Positions 18,475-27,716 of a stretch of 60,380 nucleotides of DNA are shown piece by piece. The notes beneath the pieces are model-generated. The model made no database searches, was not told the origin of the DNA, and saw only the letters and a program-made list of their open reading frames with translations. Where the stretch lies: assembly GCA_016927515.1 (NCBI GenBank), contig JAFGMN010000310.1:1-60380 (forward strand). The letters run 5' to 3'. The stretch is from a candidate division CSSED10-310 bacterium. GTDB lineage: Bacteria; CSSED10-310. The stretch's first letter is position 1. Each line of letters starts with the position of its first letter. The position numbers were made by a program, and so were the translations under genes.

Positions 18475-20208
18475 TCATCCTCCGAAATCGTCATCGGTTT
18501 GTGTGACACGCATCACTTCTTCGATACTGGTTAACCCTTTTCTGACCTTGGTCCATCCATCATCCCGCAATGTTTTCATCCCAGCCCGACGGGCTGCTTT
18601 TTTCAAAATATTGGCACTGGCTTTGTCCACAATCAACTGCTTAAACTCTTCATTGATTACAAACAACTCATAAATGCCCATCCGACCACGGTATCCCGTG
18701 TTTCCACACCGTTTACACCCGGCACCACGGTAGACCGTCAGTGACTCCACGCTCGGATCAGGATCAATCTCCAATTCCTGAAGCGCTCGGAGATCGGGTC
18801 GTGTAGGAATTTTGCAATCAGGGCAGATCCGTCGGACCAGCCGCTGAGCCAAAACACCATCAAGACAGGATGCAATCAGGTAGTTTTCAACTCCCATGTC
18901 CTGCAATCGCGTGATCGCTCCAACCGCATCATTCGTATGAACGGTTGAAAACACCAAATGGCCGGTCAACGCGGATTGAATCGCGATCTCCGCCGTCTCC
19001 CGATCCCGGATCTCTCCAACCATGATCACGTCCGGATCCTGTCGGACGAAAGCCCGCAATCCACCGGAAAAATTCAATCCGATCTTTGTGTTGACCTGGA
19101 TTTGATTGACCCCCTTCAACTGATATTCAACCGGATCCTCAAGTGTGAGTATTTTTTTACCCGGCACATTAATCTTGTCGAGTGCGGCGTATAGAGTGGT
19201 GGTCTTCCCCGAGCCAGTGGGTCCAGTCACGAGGATCATGCCATGGGGGTGAAGGATGAGTTCCTTGAATACCGTAAGATTATCGGGTGGAAAACCAAGA
19301 GCTTCCAACTCGATGAACATGCTGGTCTGATCCAGCAGACGCATGACAACGGATTCGCCGTACATGGTCGGAACAGTACTGACCCGAACATCTATTTTTT
19401 TACCCAGAATGCGAAGTCGAATGCGGCCGTCTTGGGGCAGTCGATGTTCTGCGATATTCATGCGAGCCAAAATTTTGATGCGTGAGATAATGGCTGACTG
19501 CAGTCTTTTGGGAGGGCTTTCCTGTTCATTGAGAACGCCATCGACGCGGAAGCGAATATGCAGATCGCCTTCGAACGGTTCGATATGAATATCACTGGCG
19601 CCGATTTCCACCGCTTGAGAAAACAGCAGATTCACAAGCTTGATGACCGGTGCTTCGGATGCCATATCTCTAAGTGTATCGACGTCCTGGTCTTCATCCG
19701 AGCCTAGGATTTCCAGCTCTTCTTCCTGGAGATCGTCCAGAATCATCTTCATGCTCGACGTTCCACTGCCGTACAAGTCTTCGATTTTGCGTTCAATTTC
19801 AGCGCTGTCGGATATTCGCACATCCAGTACAAAACCGAATGCTTTGCGGATGTTTTCAAGAACGACAAGATCCAGCGGATCGGCCATGGCCAGAACCATC
19901 ACACCATCGGTCAGGGACAATGGAAGAATGCGATGTTGCCGCAGAAATTTCACCGTCAGCGGCATGTCCGGTATTGCTTCAAGTCCATCGAGGTCTCCCA
20001 GTTCCACATACTGCAGTCCCAGGTATTGCGCCAATGTTTCCGCGAATTTCTTCGATGAGACGAAACCGAACTCCAGCAACACTTCCTGGATGCTCTTTCC
20101 AGACCGCACAGACTGCTTTTGTGCAATCTCCATATCTTCCATGGAAATCACCCGGGTTGCCATCATGTGCTGCGTGAAACTCACGTCGGGTAGTAGAATC
20201 TTCACCAT
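18475..20208 (-). CDS. gspE: type II secretion ATPase GspE with N-terminal T2SSE_N/MshEN-like domain
   Basis: Walker A GPTGSGKTTT, Asp/His boxes, and a tetracysteine CPDC...CKRC. GAGGAGG lies directly upstream of the ATG. Confidence 0.95.
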   Translation of the reverse strand: MVKILLPDVSFTQHMMATRVISMEDMEIAQKQSVRSGKSIQEVLLEFGFVSSKKFAETLAQYLGLQYVELGDLDGLEAIPDMPLTVKFLRQHRILPLSLTDGVMVLAMADPLDLVVLENIRKAFGFVLDVRISDSAEIERKIEDLYGSGTSSMKMILDDLQEEELEILGSDEDQDVDTLRDMASEAPVIKLVNLLFSQAVEIGASDIHIEPFEGDLHIRFRVDGVLNEQESPPKRLQSAIISRIKILARMNIAEHRLPQDGRIRLRILGKKIDVRVSTVPTMYGESVVMRLLDQTSMFIELEALGFPPDNLTVFKELILHPHGMILVTGPTGSGKTTTLYAALDKINVPGKKILTLEDPVEYQLKGVNQIQVNTKIGLNFSGGLRAFVRQDPDVIMVGEIRDRETAEIAIQSALTGHLVFSTVHTNDAVGAITRLQDMGVENYLIASCLDGVLAQRLVRRICPDCKIPTRPDLRALQELEIDPDPSVESLTVYRGAGCKRCGNTGYRGRMGIYELFVINEEFKQLIVDKASANILKKAARRAGMKTLRDDGWTKVRKGLTSIEEVMRVTQTDDDFGG

Positions 20209-20319
20209 CGCCTCCTCATGGAAAACTCCATTGATAAAACACTGAGCACTGGATAAAGTTCCTGGAATCGTCGTCCCCGCCCCTAATACTCGAGCATGAC
20301 TAAGACCGGGTTTTACCTG

Positions 20320-20805
20320 TCAGTCAGAACTCAAGTCTTCAAAATCCCCGGGTTTCAGTTGGTCAATCCACTTTCGCATTTCATCGTCCTCAACCATTTC
20401 AGCTCCATGATCAGCCGAACTGCTCTTTTCCAAAACATCATTCGTAACGTATATCGGCGCTTTGAATCGCAACGCCATCGCAATCGCATCCGAAGGCCGG
20501 GAATCAATGACGATCTTCCTGTCTTCGTGAACGATTTCCATGACCGCAAAGTATACGCCATCCTTCAAATCCGTAACAATTACACGCTTCAAACGTGCTT
20601 TCAATTCCAGCAGGATATTTTTCATCAGATCATGGGTGATCGGACGAGGTGCTTTCAGTTTTTCCAGTTCAATCAAGATGGCGTTTGCTTCAAAAATTCC
20701 AACCCAAATCGGAACCACCTTGTCTCCGCTTTTATTCGTCAATAACACGATCGGCCGTTCCAAAATCGGATCCATCGCCAAATTTCTGATCGTCATCTTT
20801 TCCAT
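20320..20805 (-). CDS. bifunctional nuclease (BFN/DUF151) family protein
   Basis: PIWVGIFEANAI...RPITHDLM...DSRPSDAIAMALRFKAPIYV matches the DNase/RNase BFN domain. A GAGGTG SD is present. Confidence 0.75.
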   Translation of the reverse strand: MEKMTIRNLAMDPILERPIVLLTNKSGDKVVPIWVGIFEANAILIELEKLKAPRPITHDLMKNILLELKARLKRVIVTDLKDGVYFAVMEIVHEDRKIVIDSRPSDAIAMALRFKAPIYVTNDVLEKSSSADHGAEMVEDDEMRKWIDQLKPGDFEDLSSD

Positions 20806-20915
20806 AGCGTTTTCACCTCAGAACCAACACTCCCATCCATCGGCTTCTCCCCAATGAAATTGTACGTCCAAATATGAAAAAAAGAAAATCCTGATACGAA
20901 TCATCGATCTCGCCA

Positions 20916-22229
20916 TTACCCACTACCCGATCCATACAGGCAGTTGGGACTTGCCGATTCGATCCGTACCGGAACCAGCGTTCCCGGCCGGGCCTGACCA
21001 GAAAAGTTAACAACTCGGTTCTGCCGAGTCCGGCCTGTCCACATCCCATTGCCCCGCTTGGCCGAACCATCCACCAGAACATCCACCGTTTCCCCAATCA
21101 ATGCCTGATTTCGATCCATGGCGATCCGACGCTGGCGTTGCAACAAATCTTCCAATCGACGGACTTTGACATCCGGCGGAACCGTATCCGGAAACTCCGC
21201 CGCTCGCGTCCCCGTCCGAACACTGTAGTTGAATATAAAGATGTTGTCATACGCAACCGCTTCCAGCAACGAAACTGATTCCCGATGATCTTCCTCCGTT
21301 TCCCCCGGAAAACCAACAATAAAATCCGAACTTAGCGCAACATCGGGTATCAGGGCTTTCATGCGGTCGACCCGGCCGAGATACTCCTCTCGCGTATACC
21401 CTCGATTCATCCGTGCCAAGATCCGACTGGAACCACTCTGGACGGGAAAATGCATGTATTCACATAGCTTGCTGCACTCCGCAACCGTCTGGATTAACTC
21501 GTCGGACATATCCTTCGGATGCGATGTCGTAAATCGAATTCTCACCAACCCGTCGATCGCCTGGATTTGCCGCAACAATTCCGGAAATCCCGCATTGCGA
21601 CTCCGATACGAATTCACATTCTGCCCCAGCAGCGTCACTTCTCGCACCCCGTGAGCAACCAGGGCTCCGATCTCTTCGATGATCTGCTCACTGTCCCGGA
21701 AACGCTCCCGCCCACGGACATACGGAACGATGCAATACGAACAGAAGTTATCGCACCCTTCCATTATCGTAACCCAAGCGCTGTGAATCCCTGGGTTTTC
21801 AATCCAGTTGCTGGGTACACAAAAAACAGATTCGGGATCTCGGATATCCACGATGGGCCGAGATCCACCATCCAATTTCCGCAGATACGTCGGAATCTGG
21901 GACAGCATCCCCGGTCCCACAACCAGATCAACAAACGGTAACCGTTTCAGGAGTTTTCTTCCCCAGGCCCGCGCCATGCATCCGGCGATGACAAACCGCA
22001 CCGGGGACCGGCCATTTCGTAGTTCACGCAGCCGGCCTAACCGTGAAAAAACCTTCTGCTCAGCTTTTTCTCTGACAGAACAGGTATTTAGGATAATCAC
22101 AGCCGCTCCGTCAGGTTCCATCACTGGAATCCAGCCGTCATGCTTCAGCAAGACCGCCAATTGTTCGGAATCGTGAACATTCATCTGGCAGCCGAAATTC
22201 TCAATGTAGAAGCTCCGATCGTCTCCCAT
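20916..22229 (-). CDS. miaB: tRNA-2-methylthio-N6-dimethylallyladenosine synthase
   Basis: UPF0004 N-domain (YIENFGCQMNVHDSE), radical-SAM CDNFCSYCIVP, and a C-terminal TRAM domain. Confidence 0.9.
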   Translation of the reverse strand: MGDDRSFYIENFGCQMNVHDSEQLAVLLKHDGWIPVMEPDGAAVIILNTCSVREKAEQKVFSRLGRLRELRNGRSPVRFVIAGCMARAWGRKLLKRLPFVDLVVGPGMLSQIPTYLRKLDGGSRPIVDIRDPESVFCVPSNWIENPGIHSAWVTIMEGCDNFCSYCIVPYVRGRERFRDSEQIIEEIGALVAHGVREVTLLGQNVNSYRSRNAGFPELLRQIQAIDGLVRIRFTTSHPKDMSDELIQTVAECSKLCEYMHFPVQSGSSRILARMNRGYTREEYLGRVDRMKALIPDVALSSDFIVGFPGETEEDHRESVSLLEAVAYDNIFIFNYSVRTGTRAAEFPDTVPPDVKVRRLEDLLQRQRRIAMDRNQALIGETVDVLVDGSAKRGNGMWTGRTRQNRVVNFSGQARPGTLVPVRIESASPNCLYGSGSG

Positions 22230-22252
22230 AGCGGCCGCAGTGTATTATTCAC

Positions 22253-22279
22253 CCGGTGGAAAATCAATCATTCCACCGG
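22253..22279. promoter_or_regulatory. perfect 9-bp inverted repeat in the miaB / epimerase divergent intergenic region
   Basis: ccggtggaa - 9 nt - ttccaccgg, read directly from the sequence. Function unknown; it could be an operator or a 5'-UTR hairpin. Confidence 0.3.
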
Positions 22280-22391
22280 TCTGCCAGGCATCCTCGAACC
22301 GCCTCATCACAACCCCGGTCTGGACAAGACATCACCATCCCGCTAGGATGCTCTCCAGCAACCGGCAACGTCAGGCAAGGGGGGGCATGCA

Positions 22392-23405
22392 GTGAAGATA
22401 CTCATTACGGGCGGAGCGGGATTCATCGGATCGAATCTGGCGGAGTATTACCTTCGCCGCGGAGATCGTGTCCGCATTCTTGACAATCTTTCCCGGCATG
22501 GGACACCGGCCAATTTGGAATATATCCAAGGACTCGGCGGTGATTTCGAGTTTATCCGTGGAGACATCCGGAACCGTGAAACCTGCATGACCGCCGTTTC
22601 CGGTGTCGATACCATCTTCCACCTGGGTGCTCAGGTGGCCGTCACAACATCGGTTGTTGATCCGGTTCATGATTTCGAAGTCAACCTGGTTGGTACGGTA
22701 AATATCCTGGAAGCTGCCCGCAGAAATCATCCGAAACCGATGATCGTGTATACATCCACAAACAAAGTCTATGGAAAAATGGATCATATCGAGATCGGCC
22801 TGAACAACAATCGTTGGGAATATGCAAACCTGCCAACGGGTAATCCCGAAACAACCCCCCTTGATTTCTATTCTCCTTATGGATGCTCAAAGGGCGGCGC
22901 TGATCAGTATGTTCATGATTACTGCCGGATTTACGGCCTGGATAGTTGTGTTTTCAGAATGTCCTGCATTTATGGACCCCGGCAAATGGGCTGTGAAGAC
23001 CAGGGATGGGTGGCCTTTTTCCTGATTCAAGCCGAGATGGGACGCAGTGTGACGATTTACGGCGACGGAAAACAGATCCGGGATGTGCTGTATGTTGAGG
23101 ATCTTGTTCGTGCGTTCGATGCCGCTTATCGGAACCGATCAACAACGCGGGGAAACGTATACAATATCGGTGGCGGCCCGGAGCGCACGGTGTCCCTGCT
23201 GGAGTTCATCGACTACATCCATAACGATCTCTCGTTGCCATTGCCTTTTTCGTTCGACGCGTGGCGTCCCGGAGACCAGAAGGTCTACGTGAGTGACATT
23301 CGACGGGCCGGACGGGATTTCAACTGGAAACCCGAATATACACCGCAGCGGGGTTTCCGAGACCTTCATGCGTGGATTCACGCTCATCGTCACCTGTTCG
23401 TGTGA
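22392..23405 (+). CDS. NAD-dependent sugar-nucleotide epimerase/dehydratase (CDP-paratose 2-epimerase-like SDR)
   Basis: GTG start. Rossmann motif [12 protein letters not shown], catalytic [11 protein letters not shown] (YxxxK), and [21 protein letters not shown]. Confidence 0.8.
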   Translation: MKILITGGAGFIGSNLAEYYLRRGDRVRILDNLSRHGTPANLEYIQGLGGDFEFIRGDIRNRETCMTAVSGVDTIFHLGAQVAVTTSVVDPVHDFEVNLVGTVNILEAARRNHPKPMIVYTSTNKVYGKMDHIEIGLNNNRWEYANLPTGNPETTPLDFYSPYGCSKGGADQYVHDYCRIYGLDSCVFRMSCIYGPRQMGCEDQGWVAFFLIQAEMGRSVTIYGDGKQIRDVLYVEDLVRAFDAAYRNRSTTRGNVYNIGGGPERTVSLLEFIDYIHNDLSLPLPFSFDAWRPGDQKVYVSDIRRAGRDFNWKPEYTPQRGFRDLHAWIHAHRHLFV

Positions 23406-23424
23406 TTCAAATGCAGATAATACT

Positions 23425-24885
23425 ATGATCGCAGAATTGTTCGACAAACTGGTTTCTCTCATTCTTTTCTTCGGACCGGCCGCACTCGTTCTCGGTGTCC
23501 TGATTTTTATACATGAACTGGGGCACTTTCTCGCCGCCCGTTGGGTCGGCATTCGAGTGGAAGTTTTCTCCATCGGTTTCGGTAAACGCTTATTTGGAAT
23601 CAAGCGTGGAGACACGGATTATCGTCTATCAGCAATCCCTTTTGGTGGGTATGTGCGCATGGCCGGAGAAGAGCTGCCGGGGCAAGGACCCAGCGAATCG
23701 GGTGAGGTGGCTAGCGATGCCGAAACTGTATCGGATACGGCTGCCACAGCGTTGGCCGATACGACATCGGTTGCCGAGAGTACGTTGCCCCCGCCATCGG
23801 ACCCAACACTTCCGGGCCACCGGCTGCAGGACAAATCCGTGCCTCAGCGGATCCTGGTCGCTGTCGCCGGAGCCGGTATGAACCTGATTCTGGCCGTTGT
23901 ATTAACCATCGGTCTGGCATTCTTCGGCATTCATATCGAATCGTATCTGGTTCAACCTCCGATCATCGCCTATGTTCAACCGGACTCCATCGCCCGGCTC
24001 GCCGATATCCAGGCAGGCGATCGTATCCGCTCCGTGAATCAAACGCCTGTTGACACATGGGAAGACGCCCAGACACAGATGGCTCTCCATGTCGATCAAC
24101 CCATGACAGTTGATCTACTTCGGGATCAAACACCCGTAACTGTCACCTTGACCCTCGAAAAGGAAACGTTTTTCGATTTCGGAGGGATGAGTGCACCCGC
24201 GCGCGTCATCGTCGGTTCGATTCGTGACGGATCTCCCGCTGACCGCGCGGGACTGAATCCCGGTGATCACATCGTAACCATCGACGGTCATCCGCTGGCC
24301 AATATGTACGAAATGATCGACGTCATTTCCCGGGCAGACGGAAAATCCATGCTGTTCGAACTCCAGCGCGAGAACAGTACAAAGCAGGTTCACCTCACAC
24401 CGGAATTCATCGAAAACACCGGCCGATACATGATTGGCATCGGTTTCGATACGGACAAGGTGCTGCGGCGATACCCTCTGACCGAGTCAGTGAAAAGGGG
24501 TATTGAACTGAATGTGCAGATGGGGCGGATGATGTTCACGCTTTTTCAGCGACTGTTGACCGGGAAGGAATCAGTGAAAAACATGGGAGGACCGGTCATG
24601 ATCGTCGACATGGCCGGGAAAGCCGCTAAATCGGGAACCCGCGATCTGATCTGGTTGACCGCCCTGATCAGCCTGAACCTCGCCATTTTGAACCTGCTGC
24701 CCCTTCCCATCCTCGATGGCGGTATGGTTGTTTTTCTGTTGATCGAATGGATCATCCGACGGCCGGTCGGTGAGCGCATTCAATTGATTCTGCAGAACAT
24801 CTTCTTCTTTCTGATCATTTCGTTTGCGCTTTATATCACATATATCGATATTCTTCGCACAGATTTTCACAGCTGGCTTAGATAA
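23425..24885 (+). CDS. rseP: RIP site-2 metalloprotease RseP (M50) with PDZ domains
   Basis: [13 protein letters not shown] region, and [12 protein letters not shown] chose ATG 23425 (MIAELFDK); the listed ORF begins at 23293 inside the epimerase gene. Confidence 0.9.
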   Translation: MIAELFDKLVSLILFFGPAALVLGVLIFIHELGHFLAARWVGIRVEVFSIGFGKRLFGIKRGDTDYRLSAIPFGGYVRMAGEELPGQGPSESGEVASDAETVSDTAATALADTTSVAESTLPPPSDPTLPGHRLQDKSVPQRILVAVAGAGMNLILAVVLTIGLAFFGIHIESYLVQPPIIAYVQPDSIARLADIQAGDRIRSVNQTPVDTWEDAQTQMALHVDQPMTVDLLRDQTPVTVTLTLEKETFFDFGGMSAPARVIVGSIRDGSPADRAGLNPGDHIVTIDGHPLANMYEMIDVISRADGKSMLFELQRENSTKQVHLTPEFIENTGRYMIGIGFDTDKVLRRYPLTESVKRGIELNVQMGRMMFTLFQRLLTGKESVKNMGGPVMIVDMAGKAAKSGTRDLIWLTALISLNLAILNLLPLPILDGGMVVFLLIEWIIRRPVGERIQLILQNIFFFLIISFALYITYIDILRTDFHSWLR

Positions 24886-25513
24886 TCCATTCGTCCGGAA
24901 GGCGAAACGCACCCTGTCTTAGGACGGTGACCGATTCATCATCGACACGCATAACCGTGGATGGCGTATTACAGGTCAATCGGCCTGCATCCCAGACCAG
25001 ATCTACCGGGGAAACACACCGGGAAACATCATACGGTTCTGGACTCCCGCTCGGGTTCGCTGATGTGGCACTGACAGGAAACGGTAAAGACCGGAGCAGA
25101 TCCAAAAGATAAGGCATGCCCGGGATGCGGATTCCCAGGTAAGGACTTCTTGACGCGAATTGGAGCGCATCCGATCGCAACGGTAAAACCAACGTGAGTG
25201 GACCAGGAAGAGCAGTCGTTCCGATTTGCATCGCTGCAGGAGACCACACTGTCCAACGCCGTGCGGTTTCGATGTCGGCGACCATTACGGAGATATCGTG
25301 ATTCATGGATCGGTTCTTAAGTTGGCGGAGCCGTTCCATTGTCTGGACATTGGTTGCATCCCCCCCCAGCATGTAGCTGGTTTCAGTGGGCAATACAGCC
25401 AGCCCGCCTGCCAGGAGAGTATTCGTGATAGCTGGACGGAGCGTGCAAATCCAGAGGTCCGGATCAATTCTCAGTTCATCGAATGTCGCTTTGATAAGTG
25501 TTTGGTTTCCCAA
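24878..25513 (-). CDS. tsaC: L-threonylcarbamoyladenylate synthase (YrdC/TsaC family)
   Basis: [20 protein letters not shown] and SATSANPSG motifs. The listed ORF reaches 25609 but overlaps tsaB. TTG 25513 is preceded by GGAGGCGGAG, so I take it as the start; it remains uncertain. Confidence 0.75.
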   Translation of the reverse strand: MGNQTLIKATFDELRIDPDLWICTLRPAITNTLLAGGLAVLPTETSYMLGGDATNVQTMERLRQLKNRSMNHDISVMVADIETARRWTVWSPAAMQIGTTALPGPLTLVLPLRSDALQFASRSPYLGIRIPGMPYLLDLLRSLPFPVSATSANPSGSPEPYDVSRCVSPVDLVWDAGRLTCNTPSTVMRVDDESVTVLRQGAFRLPDEWII

Positions 25514-26187
25514 TTGATCTCCGCCTCCGACCGGCGAATGTAGACCGGTGCTAATTGAAAAAGCTCCATGTCCGTCATGGCCGAGTCCATCGTGGTTTCC
25601 GCCAGCCAAGCGACCGCCTCAGGCGATGGATCCCATACCGCCTCCGGCGCTTCCGTATACGGCTGTTGAATCGCAAAAATACGATCCCGGTACACTCTCA
25701 GCGCATCACCGGTTAAATGAAGCGGCTGAAGCGGTGTGTATGCGAGCAGGGTCTCGACCGACACGACCCGGTCCGGTGTGAGGCGCTCAATGGAGTCCCC
25801 AACCCGGAAAATCGCTCCGTAAACCTCACCCTTCCGGGCATCAAGCATTGCGACAATCGGTTTGTCCGATGGCCCGGCAGCCACTGCCAATGCCATCAAG
25901 GTGGGAATTTTTTTCACAGGTTTTCGACAAAAGTAGGCGAGTGTTTTAACAGCAGTCAATCCAACTCTCAATCCGGTGAATGATCCGGGTCCAATCGATA
26001 CGGCGAATTCATCCACCGAATTCAGCGATCGATTGTCCCGCGCCAGGATCGTATCGATCGCAGGAATCAGTTGCATCGATGCGGGTGAATCGCGATCGAA
26101 TCGGATCACCTGCCGGAGCCGTCCATCGACGGACAATGCAACACCTCCCCGAACCCCCGACGTTTCAACAGCGAGAATGACGGTCAT
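25471..26187 (-). CDS. tsaB: tRNA t6A biosynthesis protein TsaB (YeaZ)
   Basis: MTVILAVETSG and GPGSFTGLRVGL motifs. ATG 26187 has GGAGGA 8 nt upstream. Confidence 0.85.
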   Translation of the reverse strand: MTVILAVETSGVRGGVALSVDGRLRQVIRFDRDSPASMQLIPAIDTILARDNRSLNSVDEFAVSIGPGSFTGLRVGLTAVKTLAYFCRKPVKKIPTLMALAVAAGPSDKPIVAMLDARKGEVYGAIFRVGDSIERLTPDRVVSVETLLAYTPLQPLHLTGDALRVYRDRIFAIQQPYTEAPEAVWDPSPEAVAWLAETTMDSAMTDMELFQLAPVYIRRSEAEINWETKHLSKRHSMN

Positions 26188-27661
26188 CTTTCGCATCCTC
26201 CATCGCAACACCTTCTTCTGTCTTTCCGATCACGAGAGACCGGATGGTTGTCTCCCCCAGTCGGGAATTCCGTATCTCGCGAACGATGCGAAGCACTCGA
26301 TCCGCTGAATCTAAAGGCTCCATAAACCCCCGAAAATATTCACCGGGAAGGTCCGGCTCAAAGTACTCGAATATCGCGTTGGCACGCATCGCCGACACAT
26401 CGTTCCCGGGAATCATCCGTCCCTGGGAATCAATAAACAGATATCCTTTGGCAGCCATTCCGTCAATCAGCAACTCGGCCATATCCTGGAACCCCGGGAT
26501 ACGGGTCAGAAGGGATACTCTGTCGATGGACCGGCCGTTCAAAAAATGCTCGACAACCGTCATATATAAGTAAAAGCCGAGTTTGTCTGAGAGAATCCCG
26601 GGGTTATCGCGGATGTGCTCTTTTCGCTTCCGAGCCGAGTGGAGGCGGTCGAGATGTTGATGCGTATAAGCGATTTCCGCACCGGCCAGAATGATGATCC
26701 AGGACAGTTCGACCCAGATCAGGAAAACGGGCAACGCAAGAAACGAGCCGTAAAGTAGCGCGATATTGGAGAAGTGGCGTACGTAATAGTTTAATCCATA
26801 CTTGGATAACTCCCAAAATACACCGGAAAAACAACCTCCAATCAATGCGGATCCCCACTGCACATGTGTGCGGGGCACCAATTTATACACGAGCGTCAGC
26901 GATGCCGAACTAATCAGGAACGGAAGGAAGCGATGAAATGCGGTTAACCCCGTCTGAAACAGAGCGCTGTGCAGGGGGTAGACATCCTGGATGCGGGCGG
27001 AAAGGTACAGGGAATAACCGAGCAGTCCCGGCGTAACGGTTAGGATGAACCAGAACATGATGATTTTTCGGATCCAATGACTGGAACGCACGGTTCCCCA
27101 AATCGTATTCAGTGCGGCATCGATGGAATCGAACAAAGCGAAGGCGGCCAGCAGCAGAAGAACGATGCTGATTGCAGAGACGGCTTGGATATTGACTGAA
27201 TCGAGCAGGTTTTGAATGGTGTTCCGGACAGTTTCGACAGATTCGGGAAGGAGATGGCGAAAGAGGAACTGCTGAGCACGGGCACCGGTTTCTTTGAATC
27301 CACCGATAGCACCAAATAGAACAAAAACGAGAACGAGCACGGGGATGAGGGTCAAGACCGTTGTGAAAGCCATCGCCGATGCACGTAAAAAGCAATGATC
27401 TGCGCCGAGTTCCCGGAAAATATGGAAGAAATAGCGGACAAAATAAGTGGTAACGCCTTTCAGCGAGTGAGCATGCTCGTGGTCATCGCTGAAGTAGAGA
27501 TTCCGAAGGGTACGGAAAATCTTGTGCTGAAAAGTTATACGCTTCTCACGAGACGTCATGGCGCCAGTGTAGGAATCGGCAGCGGATTTATCAATCTGCC
27601 TGCCGGGAAGACCTCGGGACGTCTTGCGGTGGATTGTATTGACGGCTCTGAAGGGACGCAT
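26165..27661 (-). CDS. YihY/BrkB family inner-membrane protein with extra C-terminal soluble domain
   Basis: Six hydrophobic segments in a YihY-like arrangement (FLRASAMAFTTVLTLIPVLV...). About 130 extra C-terminal aa follow. The start is uncertain (ATG 27661 or ATG 27559). Confidence 0.7.
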   Translation of the reverse strand: MRPFRAVNTIHRKTSRGLPGRQIDKSAADSYTGAMTSREKRITFQHKIFRTLRNLYFSDDHEHAHSLKGVTTYFVRYFFHIFRELGADHCFLRASAMAFTTVLTLIPVLVLVFVLFGAIGGFKETGARAQQFLFRHLLPESVETVRNTIQNLLDSVNIQAVSAISIVLLLLAAFALFDSIDAALNTIWGTVRSSHWIRKIIMFWFILTVTPGLLGYSLYLSARIQDVYPLHSALFQTGLTAFHRFLPFLISSASLTLVYKLVPRTHVQWGSALIGGCFSGVFWELSKYGLNYYVRHFSNIALLYGSFLALPVFLIWVELSWIIILAGAEIAYTHQHLDRLHSARKRKEHIRDNPGILSDKLGFYLYMTVVEHFLNGRSIDRVSLLTRIPGFQDMAELLIDGMAAKGYLFIDSQGRMIPGNDVSAMRANAIFEYFEPDLPGEYFRGFMEPLDSADRVLRIVREIRNSRLGETTIRSLVIGKTEEGVAMEDAKDDRHSRC

Positions 27662-27716
27662 TAGAGTATGCCGCGATCGGGTTAACCCCGTTGCTTATTG
27701 GAAAGGAGATCGAATT

